From positions 27,538 through 91,537 of the forward strand of contig JAFGGI010000047.1 in the NCBI GenBank assembly GCA_016930635.1: a DNA stretch of 64,000 nt. The letters are read 5' to 3'. The notes under the pieces are model-generated. The model was not told the DNA's origin. It saw nothing but the letters and a program-made list of their open reading frames with translations, and did no database searches. The position numbers and the translations under genes were made by a program. Shown piece by piece: positions 1 through 9,437 of the stretch; the first letter of the stretch is position 1; each line of letters opens with the position of its first letter. The DNA is from Sedimentisphaerales bacterium. Its GTDB lineage: Bacteria > Planctomycetota > Phycisphaerae > Sedimentisphaerales > UBA12454.

Positions 1-2
1 TG

Positions 3-941
3 ATTATAAAAAACAAGCAGCAGTATTTTACTTTGCTTAAAGGTATTATGGTTATAGCCGTTCCCCTGGCAATAATAGGTTTTTATCAGTGTCTTACAGG
101 AGTTAATCCTGTAGGTTTTTTGAAACAATATGCCAGATGGGTAACAACGCCGGAAGACCCATGGTTGAGAGCAGGTTTTTTTCGAGCGGATGTTACATTT
201 GAACATTATATTATGTACGGCTTATTTTTTGCGATGTTTGGGCCTGTTTGTGCAGGGATTTTGCGCAATGTGAAGAAATATAAATCACTGTACTGGATAG
301 GCCTGGGTTTCATGGGCCTTGGCATTTTCTCCTCTATGTCTGCCGGACCTATACTTGTGGCTCTTTTAGCTATCTTCTTTATTCTTTTATATCGTTACCG
401 CAAATACTGGAAGATAATAGCGATTGCGGTTATAGTTTTGTGTGTGGGATTGGAGATTGTGAGTAACCGGCATTTTTATGACTTTGTTGGCGATTTTACC
501 TTCAGCGGCGGCAGTGCCTGGTATCGGAGCAGATTGATTGATGTGGCCATATTTGAGGGTGGCATGTCCGGTCATTGGTTAACCGGCTACGGCCATGGTG
601 TTGACCCCGGCTGGTGTGCCAGGATAGATAAACGCAAGCATACTGATTTAGGAACAAACCAATATTTGTCGATTTTGAGTTCTTTTGGTTTAGTTGGCTT
701 TGTGCCTTTCCTTGCTATAAATATTGTCGCTGCTAAAAGGCTTATTGATGTTTTCAAAACGACTGTTTTAGATTCAGACAGGCGGCTGATCTGGTGCTTG
801 TCTGCAGCATTCTTTGGTTTGGCAGGTGGGTTCATGACTGTCTCGATATTTGGTCAGCCAACTACAATCTATTATATAATGTTGGGATTGGCAGGTATAA
901 TGCCTCTGATCATAACTCAAACCATTCACCAAAGGTTCTAA
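3..941 (+). CDS. O-antigen polymerase/ligase-like (Wzy/WaaL family) polytopic membrane protein, 5'-truncated by window edge
   Basis: The frame is open from nt 3 with no upstream stop, so the gene runs off the left edge. The product is almost all hydrophobic helices with one larger loop. It heads a glycan-assembly cluster. Confidence 0.5.
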   Translation: MIKNKQQYFTLLKGIMVIAVPLAIIGFYQCLTGVNPVGFLKQYARWVTTPEDPWLRAGFFRADVTFEHYIMYGLFFAMFGPVCAGILRNVKKYKSLYWIGLGFMGLGIFSSMSAGPILVALLAIFFILLYRYRKYWKIIAIAVIVLCVGLEIVSNRHFYDFVGDFTFSGGSAWYRSRLIDVAIFEGGMSGHWLTGYGHGVDPGWCARIDKRKHTDLGTNQYLSILSSFGLVGFVPFLAINIVAAKRLIDVFKTTVLDSDRRLIWCLSAAFFGLAGGFMTVSIFGQPTTIYYIMLGLAGIMPLIITQTIHQRF

Positions 942-949
942 AGTACGTA

Positions 950-1900
950 ATGGCTATAGAATATCATACAAAGGAAAATAAAAGTCTCTTCTACCGGTTT
1001 ATGAAGAGCGTAAACAGCAAAAAGACATACTTCTGGTTGGGGGAGAGAGACGCCAATAACGGGGATCGCTTAATCCTGAAAGGAGTACAACGTATCCTTC
1101 GGGAAACCGGGTGTGAGTTGGTAGATTCGCCGGAAGCTGCTGAGCAAATACTAATGAATGGGGGTGGCCGTTTTCAGGACATTTGGCCTAAAGCCTTTGA
1201 GCAGATTGCATATTTCAGGCGGAAATATCCACTTTTGCCGCTTATTATGGCACCGCAAATCTTTAGGATTGGAAAGGTCAATTTTAAGGAAATATGTGAA
1301 ATTAGCCGATCACCTTTGATGCTATTTGCGAGAGATAGTATAAGCCTCAAATCGTTACAGGACTCTAATTTGGGAGCACACTGCAAGGTAGATATAAGCC
1401 AAGACCCTGCTTTCGAGCTAATAGGCAGCGAGTTTATCAGAAATTTGATAGAATCGTCCTCGGAAAAACATGTACTTATAGCTATGAGGAAGGATGAATG
1501 CGGACCCGCCAAAATTCTATCTCGAACACACGGCATGTGGTTGCCGAAAAAGGTGCGCCGTCCTTTGTCATGGGTTAGAGACAGGCTGGTAGCCCGTATT
1601 AGTGGAAACACAATTGAAAAAATCATAAAAGATGAAAAGGGAGCAAAGAAGTTGCCCAGAATTTACAGGGATGTATCATCTTCGGTTAGCTATGAGAAGT
1701 TTGTAAAGGTAATTCGCGATGCCGGTCTTATAATTACGGACCGACTTCACATCTCAATTCTGGGATACCTGCTAAATAAGCGTGTTGTGCTTGTCTGGAG
1801 GCCTGGGCCTCTCGGCGACAAGCTAAAAGGTGTGTATGATTTCAGCATGTCGGGAGCGGATTCGAGAACATCATTATATATGCTAAAAGACTCAAAGTAA
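950..1900 (+). CDS. polysaccharide pyruvyl transferase-like protein
   Basis: ATG at 950 lies 8 nt after the previous stop; the listed 794 start overlaps the upstream gene. The C-terminal ...ITDRLHISILGYLLNKRVVLV... resembles the conserved R-x-H block of pyruvyl transferases. This is a motif-level call only. Confidence 0.4.
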   Translation: MAIEYHTKENKSLFYRFMKSVNSKKTYFWLGERDANNGDRLILKGVQRILRETGCELVDSPEAAEQILMNGGGRFQDIWPKAFEQIAYFRRKYPLLPLIMAPQIFRIGKVNFKEICEISRSPLMLFARDSISLKSLQDSNLGAHCKVDISQDPAFELIGSEFIRNLIESSSEKHVLIAMRKDECGPAKILSRTHGMWLPKKVRRPLSWVRDRLVARISGNTIEKIIKDEKGAKKLPRIYRDVSSSVSYEKFVKVIRDAGLIITDRLHISILGYLLNKRVVLVWRPGPLGDKLKGVYDFSMSGADSRTSLYMLKDSK

Positions 1901-1902
1901 AA

Positions 1903-1980
1903 ATGCAAAGTATAAACGTATTATACAGTTTTCCGCTTAGAGTAGGCACGGCCGGCAATGGTAACAGTCAAGTCGAATAA
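1903..1980 (+). pseudogene. truncated duplicate of the 5' end of the GT4 glycosyltransferase gene at 3290
   Basis: ATG at 1903 encodes MQSINVLYSFPLRVGTAGNG, then diverges and stops after 25 codons. The intact gene at 3290 begins MSKIHVLYSFPLRVGTAGNG. nt 1916-1963 are identical to nt 3303-3350. Confidence 0.7.
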
Positions 1981-2024
1981 TATTATAATATGAATATGAC
2001 GTATTATGCTAGGCGTGAAAACTT

Positions 2025-2201
2025 ATGTTGCTACAATTTTCTAATAGCTGGAACAACTATTATGGCCAAATTAACCAAAACATCATAGTCATAATACCAT
2101 CTGATGCAAAATGTGTACTTTCTGTTGGTTGTGGTGCTGGTGCTACCGAGGAAGAATTGGTAAAACGAGGCCGGCATAAAAGTTGTGAGTTGCAGATATG
2201 A
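2025..2201 (+). pseudogene. N-terminal fragment of a class I SAM-dependent methyltransferase
   Basis: A 58-codon ORF contains ...CVLSVGCGAGATEEELVKRG... (SAM-binding motif I) and stops shortly after it. No downstream methyltransferase motifs follow. Confidence 0.5.
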
Positions 2202-2281
2202 AATATATGATATCAGAGACAGGTTGATATCGATCTGTCTGCTTGGTTTAACAAAGGAGTTTTTAGCATCAAAGGTAAGTC

Positions 2282-3262
2282 TTGTTGGAAGTAAATGAGC
2301 TAATATTGCAGAAAAAGAAGAGATATATATCCGAAATACGTGCTATTAGACATGCCGCAGGAATGTTCAAGCACAAGCTATTGTATAGCTGGCCTTATAA
2401 GGGTATGCAGGCCAAAGCTGCTAAACTGCGGGAGCAATTATATCCGATGATTTCTAATCTTCCGCCAATTGAGGCAACTGCAAAACCTGAAGTTGAGATC
2501 CATATGTTATGTGGTAAATCCCACTTAGATATGGCGATATGGGCAAGCTGGAGCTTTATGAGATTTCTCAAGAACTCCATGCTGTATATTCATTCAGATG
2601 GTACACTCGAAGATAGTGACATAGCTTTGTTACAAAAAATCATATGCCCATCTGTTATTGTAACTAAATCTGAAGCTGATGCTTGTGTTGCAGCCAAACT
2701 TTTCAAACTTGCTCCGCGTCTTTGTCAATTTAGGGATACGAATCTTTTTGCTTCGCAAATAACTTCCATGCAGTTATATGGTAACCTGGATCGTTTTCTT
2801 ATGTTGGATGCAGATGTGTTATGCTTTAGCGATCCCTGTGAACTTCGTGCTGCCCTGATGGCGGACAAACCTGCTTTTAGATGGGGTTCTGACCTGCGGA
2901 CAGCCTATGTAGCATCCGTATCTAAACTTAAGGAGATAACCCAGTTGCAAATTCCAGAGGGGCTTAATCTGGGTAATATGGTTACTCCGAGGATGAATGA
3001 GGAAGATTTTAGATATCTCGAAGAATTAATTCCGAGTTTACAAGCAGATCCTGATGTCGATATGGAGTGTTCTTGGGCACCCCAAACGCTGTTGGCGATA
3101 ATTGCAGGACGTTATCATCAGACCCGGCCTTTATCTCGCGATTACGCGGTAAGCCTTGGTCGAACATCGGATAACGCAATTGTTCGTCACTATATAAGTA
3201 TTCCGGCTACTAGGCCACGTTTCTTCCTCGAGGGCATCCCTAAACTATTGAAAAATTTGTGA
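2282..3262 (+). CDS. hypothetical protein, possible nucleotide-diphospho-sugar transferase (DxD-type)
   Basis: A 326-aa ORF with a ...FLMLDADVLCFSDP... D-x-D-like block, in a glycan locus. The start is uncertain: TTG at 2282/2285, and the AAAGGAG at about 2252 is too far upstream. Confidence 0.4.
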   Translation: MLEVNELILQKKKRYISEIRAIRHAAGMFKHKLLYSWPYKGMQAKAAKLREQLYPMISNLPPIEATAKPEVEIHMLCGKSHLDMAIWASWSFMRFLKNSMLYIHSDGTLEDSDIALLQKIICPSVIVTKSEADACVAAKLFKLAPRLCQFRDTNLFASQITSMQLYGNLDRFLMLDADVLCFSDPCELRAALMADKPAFRWGSDLRTAYVASVSKLKEITQLQIPEGLNLGNMVTPRMNEEDFRYLEELIPSLQADPDVDMECSWAPQTLLAIIAGRYHQTRPLSRDYAVSLGRTSDNAIVRHYISIPATRPRFFLEGIPKLLKNL

Positions 3263-3289
3263 TACGAGGCTGAAAAGAGTTAATTTTGA

Positions 3290-4459
3290 ATGAGTAAAAT
3301 CCACGTATTATACAGTTTTCCGCTTAGAGTAGGCACGGCCGGCAATGGTATGACGGCATGGCACCAGATATCCGGCCTTATACGTAAAGGAGTTGATGTT
3401 CATCTGTATACGGCCAGTTGTGATAAACCTATTGAATCTCTGGCCAGTCTAAAGGAAACCTTACAGCCGTTTGGTGTGAGACTGCCCCTGAGACTTTTCC
3501 CCTGGCGGGCAATGATGTGTCATGATCTTATTGTTGCCGGGAAGTTACCGGGGTTGAAAAATAAAATCGATATTATCCATTGCTGGCCATCCGGTTCTCT
3601 ACAAACCTTAAAGGCTGCCAAAAAACTTAGGATTAAGACTGTTCTTGAACGTCCCAGTTCGCATACGAGATTTGGCTACCAGGTTGTTATTGATGAATGT
3701 AAGAAGCAGAACTTTACAATGCCAAAATCTCATTATACTACCTTTAATAAACGTAATCTGGCAAGAGAAGAAAGTGAATTCGACCTTGCAGATAAGCTGT
3801 TATGTCCGTCCGAGTGGGTAGTTAAGACTTTTCTGGACCAGGGGGTAGATGCTGGTAAGATTGCAAGACATCAGTATGGTTTTGACGGTAAGAAATTCGG
3901 CCTGCCGGTTAATGACGACAGAGACAGCGATGAAATATTTAAAATGGTATTTGTTGCCAGCGGTGAACCGCGAAAAGGACTGCATTATGCTCTTGATGCC
4001 TGGCTGAGTTCTGATGCATGTAAAAAAGGAATATTTTATATTTGCGGATCATACATTAAAGGTTACCGAGAAATGTTAGCAGAGAAGTTGGCTCATCCCA
4101 GCATAAAAGAGTTGGGCTTTAACAATGATGTTGGTTCTTTGATGCGACAGTGCCATGCAATGGTTCTTCCATCTATTGATGAAGGCAGTGCTCTGGTAAC
4201 TTATGAAGCCAGGGCATGCGGGTGTGTGTTACTGGTTTCGGAGGCGACAGGTGCTCGCTGTACACATATGCATGACAGTCTTGTTCATAATGTTGGAGAT
4301 GTGGATACGCTTCGGGAGCATATTGATTTGCTGGCTAATGACAGCAGCTTTTATCAGAAAGTGCGCAAAAACAGTATTGCAGGAATAAACGATTTGACCT
4401 GGGACAGGGCCAGCGAGTTATTGCTGTCTGCTTATCAACGGTGTTTAAATGGCGATTAA
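3290..4459 (+). CDS. glycosyltransferase family 4 (GT-B fold)
   Basis: The N-terminus is ...VLYSFPLRVGTAGNG.... The C-terminal ...PSIDEGSALVTYEARACGCVLLVSE... matches the E-x7-E region of GT4 enzymes. Confidence 0.85.
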   Translation: MSKIHVLYSFPLRVGTAGNGMTAWHQISGLIRKGVDVHLYTASCDKPIESLASLKETLQPFGVRLPLRLFPWRAMMCHDLIVAGKLPGLKNKIDIIHCWPSGSLQTLKAAKKLRIKTVLERPSSHTRFGYQVVIDECKKQNFTMPKSHYTTFNKRNLAREESEFDLADKLLCPSEWVVKTFLDQGVDAGKIARHQYGFDGKKFGLPVNDDRDSDEIFKMVFVASGEPRKGLHYALDAWLSSDACKKGIFYICGSYIKGYREMLAEKLAHPSIKELGFNNDVGSLMRQCHAMVLPSIDEGSALVTYEARACGCVLLVSEATGARCTHMHDSLVHNVGDVDTLREHIDLLANDSSFYQKVRKNSIAGINDLTWDRASELLLSAYQRCLNGD

Positions 4460-4504
4460 GGCTTTCAAACCCTTAATGATAATATTTTTTCGAAGGAACA
4501 ATTA

Positions 4505-5626
4505 ATGCGTAATAGATGTTCACGCTGCATACTGCCTGCGGATTTGCCGGGCATCAGTCTTGATCAGGACGGTGTGTGTAATTATTGCCGGGATTCTAAA
4601 AGCAATGATAATTCTGATACGCCGAGTATGTCCAAGGAACAGATGATAAAGCGATTGGAAGATGTACTTGACAAGCTGAGGGGCAAAGGAAAATATGATT
4701 GCCTTGTGCCTTTAAGTGGCGGGAAAGAAAGCTGTTATATTTTGTATACTCTTGTTAAAAAATATAACATGACTCCTTTGGCTTTTAATTTCAATAATGG
4801 CTTTCAGCATAAAGATGCTGTTGTTAACATTGAGAACCTGGTCGATAAAGCAGGTGTGGACCTGGTCATATATAAACCAAGACGTGATATAATGATGAAG
4901 CTTTTCCGTAAGTTTATGACAGTGGCTGGGGAGTATTGTACTCCCTGTAATATGCTTATTAATGCGACCTCGTTCAGACTTGCCCGTGAGTATAAGATCA
5001 GGGCGGTTATGTCAGGCAATTATGGTGCGATAGACCCCGGCCTGGAAGGGATGAGTCCTTCAAGATATTATGACAGAAGATATTATTTTAATGTGGTTGG
5101 AGACTTGCTTAGTCTGAGAGAGGCGGAGCGTTACGTTGTTCCATCCTATGTACGGACGGCGATAGGAAGACTTGTCGGCACAGCACCGCAGGTTATAAAT
5201 GTTCTGGAATTTCTGCAGCCAAGTTTAGCTGAGATACATAATGTTTTGGATGCTATTGGCTGGAAACGTCCCGGCGGAGCGATACAACACGGAGACTGCA
5301 TAATTAATCCTGTAAAAGAGTATTTGATATGCAGGAGATGGGGATGTACCGAAACCACGGCCTTATATAGCAGTCTTGTCAGAAATGGGGAAATGTCACG
5401 CCAAGAAGCCCTGGAAAAAGATGCTGCTGAGACTGAAGAACAGTCACATTGTCCTTCTGTACTGCCGGAGTTTCTTAAGAATATCGATTTGACAGAAGAA
5501 GAGTTTAATGAAGCTGTAAAGAAGGATTTCAGAGAAATTCCAAATATGCGGAGCAGTCTGTTGTTTCGACTGGCAAAGAAAACCGTCCAAAAAATTGGCC
5601 AATTAAGAGGACGTGAATATAGCTAA
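4505..5626 (+). CDS. N-acetyl sugar amidotransferase (PP-loop ATP pyrophosphatase family)
   Basis: There is an N-terminal Cys pair pattern (CSRC...CNYC) followed by the PP-loop ...VPLSGGKESCYIL.... This architecture is typical of LPS/capsule N-acetyl sugar amidotransferases. Confidence 0.7.
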   Translation: MRNRCSRCILPADLPGISLDQDGVCNYCRDSKSNDNSDTPSMSKEQMIKRLEDVLDKLRGKGKYDCLVPLSGGKESCYILYTLVKKYNMTPLAFNFNNGFQHKDAVVNIENLVDKAGVDLVIYKPRRDIMMKLFRKFMTVAGEYCTPCNMLINATSFRLAREYKIRAVMSGNYGAIDPGLEGMSPSRYYDRRYYFNVVGDLLSLREAERYVVPSYVRTAIGRLVGTAPQVINVLEFLQPSLAEIHNVLDAIGWKRPGGAIQHGDCIINPVKEYLICRRWGCTETTALYSSLVRNGEMSRQEALEKDAAETEEQSHCPSVLPEFLKNIDLTEEEFNEAVKKDFREIPNMRSSLLFRLAKKTVQKIGQLRGREYS

Positions 5627-5683
5627 GCAAGCCATTGTGCCGATCGGGTTATTATCCGTTATAAAGGACATCTGAAAAATATT

Positions 5684-6637
5684 ATGATTGATGTTTCGAT
5701 TATTATTGTTAGCTGGAATGCCAGGAAGTATCTTATTGACTGCCTGAATTCTTTGGTAGAGACTTCCTGTAAATACACCAGTGAAATTATTGTTGTAGAT
5801 AATGCTTCGACTGATGGCAGTGCTGAAGCAGTTGCCAGCCGGTTTCCACAGGTTATATTGATTGAAAATGAAGATAATTTTGGTTTTGCCCGTGCCAATA
5901 ATATAGGGATAAGACAAAGTCACGGCCGATATGTCTGTTTGATAAACTCTGATGTAGTTGTGCTGCCGGGCTGTGTCGAAAGGCTAATAGAATATATGGA
6001 TAAAAACCCTTCTGTTGGAATGACGGGCCCGCAAATACTCAATCCTGACAGGACTCTTCAGGTTTCATGCAGGTGTTTTCCATCGATATGGAACAATCTT
6101 TGCCAGGCTTTAGGCCTAAACTATATTTTTCCTAAGTCACGTTTCTTTTCAGAACCTTTTATGACTTATTGGGCACATGACACCATACGGAAAGTAGATG
6201 CAGTCGGGGGGGCATTTTGGATAGTTAGTCGACAGGCTCTTGATGAGGTAGGATTGCTCGACGAAGATTTCTTCATATATGCAGAAGATGTAGATTGGTG
6301 CAAACGATTTAATGATAAAGATTACGATGTTATGTTTTTTCCGGAGGCGCAAGCTATTCATTTTGGCGGCAAAAGTTCTATAAATGCTCCAATTAGATTT
6401 TATCTTGAAATGCAGAGAGCAGATCTTTTGTATTGGGAAAAACATCGAGGCATCTTTATGGCGGCGGTTTACAAGACGATTGTTCTGCTTCGCCACATAT
6501 TGCGAGCTATAGTGAGAATGATTCAATACCCATTCTGTCGCTCCCAGAAAGAAGTTGTAAAATTCAAGTTGCAGCGATGTACTGCATGTATTCAGTGGTT
6601 ATTTAGCGGGCGGCATAGTAGTTTTAAACAAAGGTAA
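5684..6637 (+). CDS. glycosyltransferase family 2
   Basis: Motifs: ...VSIIIVSWNARKYL..., ...VVDNASTDGS..., ...NFGFARANN..., ...YAEDVDWCKR.... Confidence 0.85.
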   Translation: MIDVSIIIVSWNARKYLIDCLNSLVETSCKYTSEIIVVDNASTDGSAEAVASRFPQVILIENEDNFGFARANNIGIRQSHGRYVCLINSDVVVLPGCVERLIEYMDKNPSVGMTGPQILNPDRTLQVSCRCFPSIWNNLCQALGLNYIFPKSRFFSEPFMTYWAHDTIRKVDAVGGAFWIVSRQALDEVGLLDEDFFIYAEDVDWCKRFNDKDYDVMFFPEAQAIHFGGKSSINAPIRFYLEMQRADLLYWEKHRGIFMAAVYKTIVLLRHILRAIVRMIQYPFCRSQKEVVKFKLQRCTACIQWLFSGRHSSFKQR

Positions 6638-6645
6638 AAGATTAT

Positions 6646-7521
6646 ATGAAAAAAGACTATGTTTTGATCACACCTGTGCACAATGAAGAAGACATTCTTG
6701 AAACTGTGATTGAATCGGTAGTGTCACAAACTATACCTCCTGTAAAATGGGTTATTGTCGATGATGCATCTACAGACAGAACCAGTGATATCGTAAAAAA
6801 ATATTGTATGAATTATGATTTTATAACAAGTATTCGGCTGGAGCCGACACAAATAGAAAGTTATTACGAGCATAAAACTGAAGTTTTTTTAGCAGGCTAT
6901 GCACAGGTCAAAGATTTGCAATACAGTTTTATGGGTAATCTTGATGCAGATATTATTCTGCCTCATGATTACTATGAAAAGATTCTTGAAGAGTTCGAGA
7001 AGGATTCCAAACTTGGCATTGCTTCCGGCATTTATCTCGACAAGATTGATGGTAGACTTCAAAAAGTGCTGTTGGATAAGAACCATTGCCCCGGAGCTCT
7101 TCAGATGTTCAGGCGGGACTGTTATGAGATTATTGGAGGATACAAGCCGCAAAAATATGGAGGGGACGATACATGTGCAGAAATCATGGCGCGAATGTAC
7201 GACAGACATACGCGTTCCTTCTCTGAAATACAAGCAGTTCATCTCAGACCTGCAGGCATGGGGCATAAGAGTTCCCTCTTTCGGGCAAGATTTTACCAGG
7301 GGCTTACCGAATATGGTATCGGCAGTCATCCTTTGTTTATGATGTGCAGATGTCTCAGGCGTGCTTTATTAGAAAGACCTTTTATCACAGGAGGTATTCT
7401 CAGAATGTCAGGCTTTATCTACGGATATCTGATCAGAGTAAAGAGAAAAGTTCCTGTTGAAGTGATAAGATATGTTCGGAAAGAACAAATCAGACGATTA
7501 TTGGATTTGATAAAAATGTAA
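6646..7521 (+). CDS. glycosyltransferase family 2
   Basis: Motifs: ...VLITPVHNEEDIL... and ...WVIVDDASTDRT..., plus a D-x-D-like ...NLDADI.... Confidence 0.8.
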   Translation: MKKDYVLITPVHNEEDILETVIESVVSQTIPPVKWVIVDDASTDRTSDIVKKYCMNYDFITSIRLEPTQIESYYEHKTEVFLAGYAQVKDLQYSFMGNLDADIILPHDYYEKILEEFEKDSKLGIASGIYLDKIDGRLQKVLLDKNHCPGALQMFRRDCYEIIGGYKPQKYGGDDTCAEIMARMYDRHTRSFSEIQAVHLRPAGMGHKSSLFRARFYQGLTEYGIGSHPLFMMCRCLRRALLERPFITGGILRMSGFIYGYLIRVKRKVPVEVIRYVRKEQIRRLLDLIKM

Positions 7522-7551
7522 TTGTGCAGAAAATTTCACAGGAGTTGTTGA

Positions 7552-8559
7552 ATGTTAAAAGGCGGTATAATCGGACTGGGCAAAATGGGTGTATCTCATT
7601 ATTCGATTTTAAACACTCATCCCGAGGTTGAAGTGGTTGCTGTTTGTGATACATCTAATTTTGTTCTTGGGTGTTTAAGTAAGCTGACCAGTATAAGTTT
7701 GTTTAACGATTATAAAAAAATGCTGGATGAGTGCCAATTGGATTGTGTAGTAATTGCCACGCCGACCTCATCTCATATGAAGATAGTAAGTGATTGTTTA
7801 AACAAGGGCTTACACGTTTTTGTAGAAAAACCTTTTTGTCTTAAGTTAGACGATGGCCGGCGAATGATAGATTTGGCTGTGTCAAAAAAACGGGTTAACC
7901 AGGTTGGTTTTCATAATAAGTTTATTGGGGCTTTTCGGAAAGTTAAAGAATTTATTGATAATGGTATTATAGGCGATATTTACCATTTACACGGTTCAGC
8001 TTACGGACCGGTTGTTTTAAAATCGAAAGGTTCGACATGGCGCGCAAAAAAATCTGAAGGCGGAGGATGTCTGCATGATTATGCATCGCATGTTATTGAC
8101 CTGATGAATTATTATGTGGGCGCGCCGAAAAAAGTAAGCGGTACGGTACTGAAAAGGATCTTTTCAAAAGATGTAGAAGATGCGGTCTATTCAACGTTAT
8201 TGTACAACAACGGCTTAACAGGTCAATTGTCTGTGAACTGGAGTGAGGAGACCTATAGAAAGATGTCAACAATGGTTACGATTTACGGTACTAATGGAAA
8301 AATAATCGTAGATCGTCAGGAATGTAAAATATATCTCAAAAAAGCTATACCATCCTGTAAATTGGAGAAAGGCTGGAATGTTTTATACACTACCGAATTG
8401 ACACCGCCGGTATGGTTCTATTTACGCGGGGAAGAATATTCTGCTCAGATGGATTATTTTGTAGGGTGTATAACCGGTAATAAATTGGACAATATCAATT
8501 CTTTTGCCAGTGCTTTAACCACTGATATGGTTATTGATATGCTAATGAAAGATGCTTAA
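7552..8559 (+). CDS. Gfo/Idh/MocA family NAD(P)-dependent sugar oxidoreductase
   Basis: N-terminal Rossmann ...GGIIGLGKMGVSHY... and the conserved ...VFVEKPF... block. Confidence 0.85.
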   Translation: MLKGGIIGLGKMGVSHYSILNTHPEVEVVAVCDTSNFVLGCLSKLTSISLFNDYKKMLDECQLDCVVIATPTSSHMKIVSDCLNKGLHVFVEKPFCLKLDDGRRMIDLAVSKKRVNQVGFHNKFIGAFRKVKEFIDNGIIGDIYHLHGSAYGPVVLKSKGSTWRAKKSEGGGCLHDYASHVIDLMNYYVGAPKKVSGTVLKRIFSKDVEDAVYSTLLYNNGLTGQLSVNWSEETYRKMSTMVTIYGTNGKIIVDRQECKIYLKKAIPSCKLEKGWNVLYTTELTPPVWFYLRGEEYSAQMDYFVGCITGNKLDNINSFASALTTDMVIDMLMKDA

Positions 8560-8579
8560 TAATTAAGTGAGGATTGTAA

Positions 8580-9434
8580 ATGGATAGAATTATATTTGGT
8601 GATAATCAGTTTTTTGGTGTGAATCATATGTCTGAAGAAAAAGCCCGTGCGCAATCAATGAGATTTAAGGATTCACAGGCTATTATGAAAGTTCTCGATA
8701 TCGCTTATGATGCAGGTATTAAAACTTTTATGTGCACGACGCACGACCGGATAGCAGAAATATGTGATATTGTCAGAGATAATCCTGATAGATATGACGG
8801 ATTTAAATTCTATCCATGTATGCCATATGCCCATAAATATGCTAATGCAGTGACGGAGGAAGGTGCCTTGGGGGCGTTGAAAAAGTTTACATCGGGAAGT
8901 ATTTTTTTAACACTTATAAAAGGCGGCAAAGCTGTTGCCCAGAAGGACATGATTACTGTAATGAAGCTTCTTATCGATGCAGAAATGAAAATGTTTGAGG
9001 GCCTGAAGACAGATGTAATTTTCCTTCAAAATGTAACGGTTGATCTGATACTTGGATTAGGATTTGGTCAAGTATTTGCAGAGTATGCAGGGTATATAAG
9101 AGAAAGATATCACGCTGAACCTGGTTTTATTACGATGAATTTGCCGTTGCTGCTGGATATTCTTGAAGATAATGATGTTGATAATCCGATAATTTGCAGC
9201 TCGATTAATAAGATAGGCTTTAGGATGTGTGGCGGCATAGAAAAGTATGAAAAAGATATAAGTGAAAGAAAATTCAGAGCGATAGCAATGTCTATACTTG
9301 CTTCTGGAGCTATTGCTCCTGAAGAGGCTGTGTCATATGTATGTGGGCTAAAAAATGTTGAGTCTATTGTTTTTGGAGCATCTTCCAAAGCACATATACT
9401 TCAGACTAAAGAATTAATAGAAAGGTTTAGTTAA
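8580..9434 (+). CDS. hypothetical protein (unassigned, glycan-locus associated)
   Basis: A 284-aa ORF tightly packed between recognisable sugar-modifying genes. I recognise no motif. Confidence 0.5.
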   Translation: MDRIIFGDNQFFGVNHMSEEKARAQSMRFKDSQAIMKVLDIAYDAGIKTFMCTTHDRIAEICDIVRDNPDRYDGFKFYPCMPYAHKYANAVTEEGALGALKKFTSGSIFLTLIKGGKAVAQKDMITVMKLLIDAEMKMFEGLKTDVIFLQNVTVDLILGLGFGQVFAEYAGYIRERYHAEPGFITMNLPLLLDILEDNDVDNPIICSSINKIGFRMCGGIEKYEKDISERKFRAIAMSILASGAIAPEEAVSYVCGLKNVESIVFGASSKAHILQTKELIERFS

Positions 9435-9437
9435 ATT

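Noticed and set aside
1964-3302. Calling the repeat-bracketed cassette a mobile element
   Set aside because: It has no transposase, integrase, terminal inverted repeats or att-like site. The 48-bp repeat is a duplicated gene start, not a target-site duplication. I reported it as a recombination scar instead.
6889-7342. Two ~146-aa ORFs (6889..7329 minus, 6899..7342 plus) inside the second GT2 gene
   Set aside because: They are alternative frames of a gene with clear GT2 motifs, and neither has independent support.
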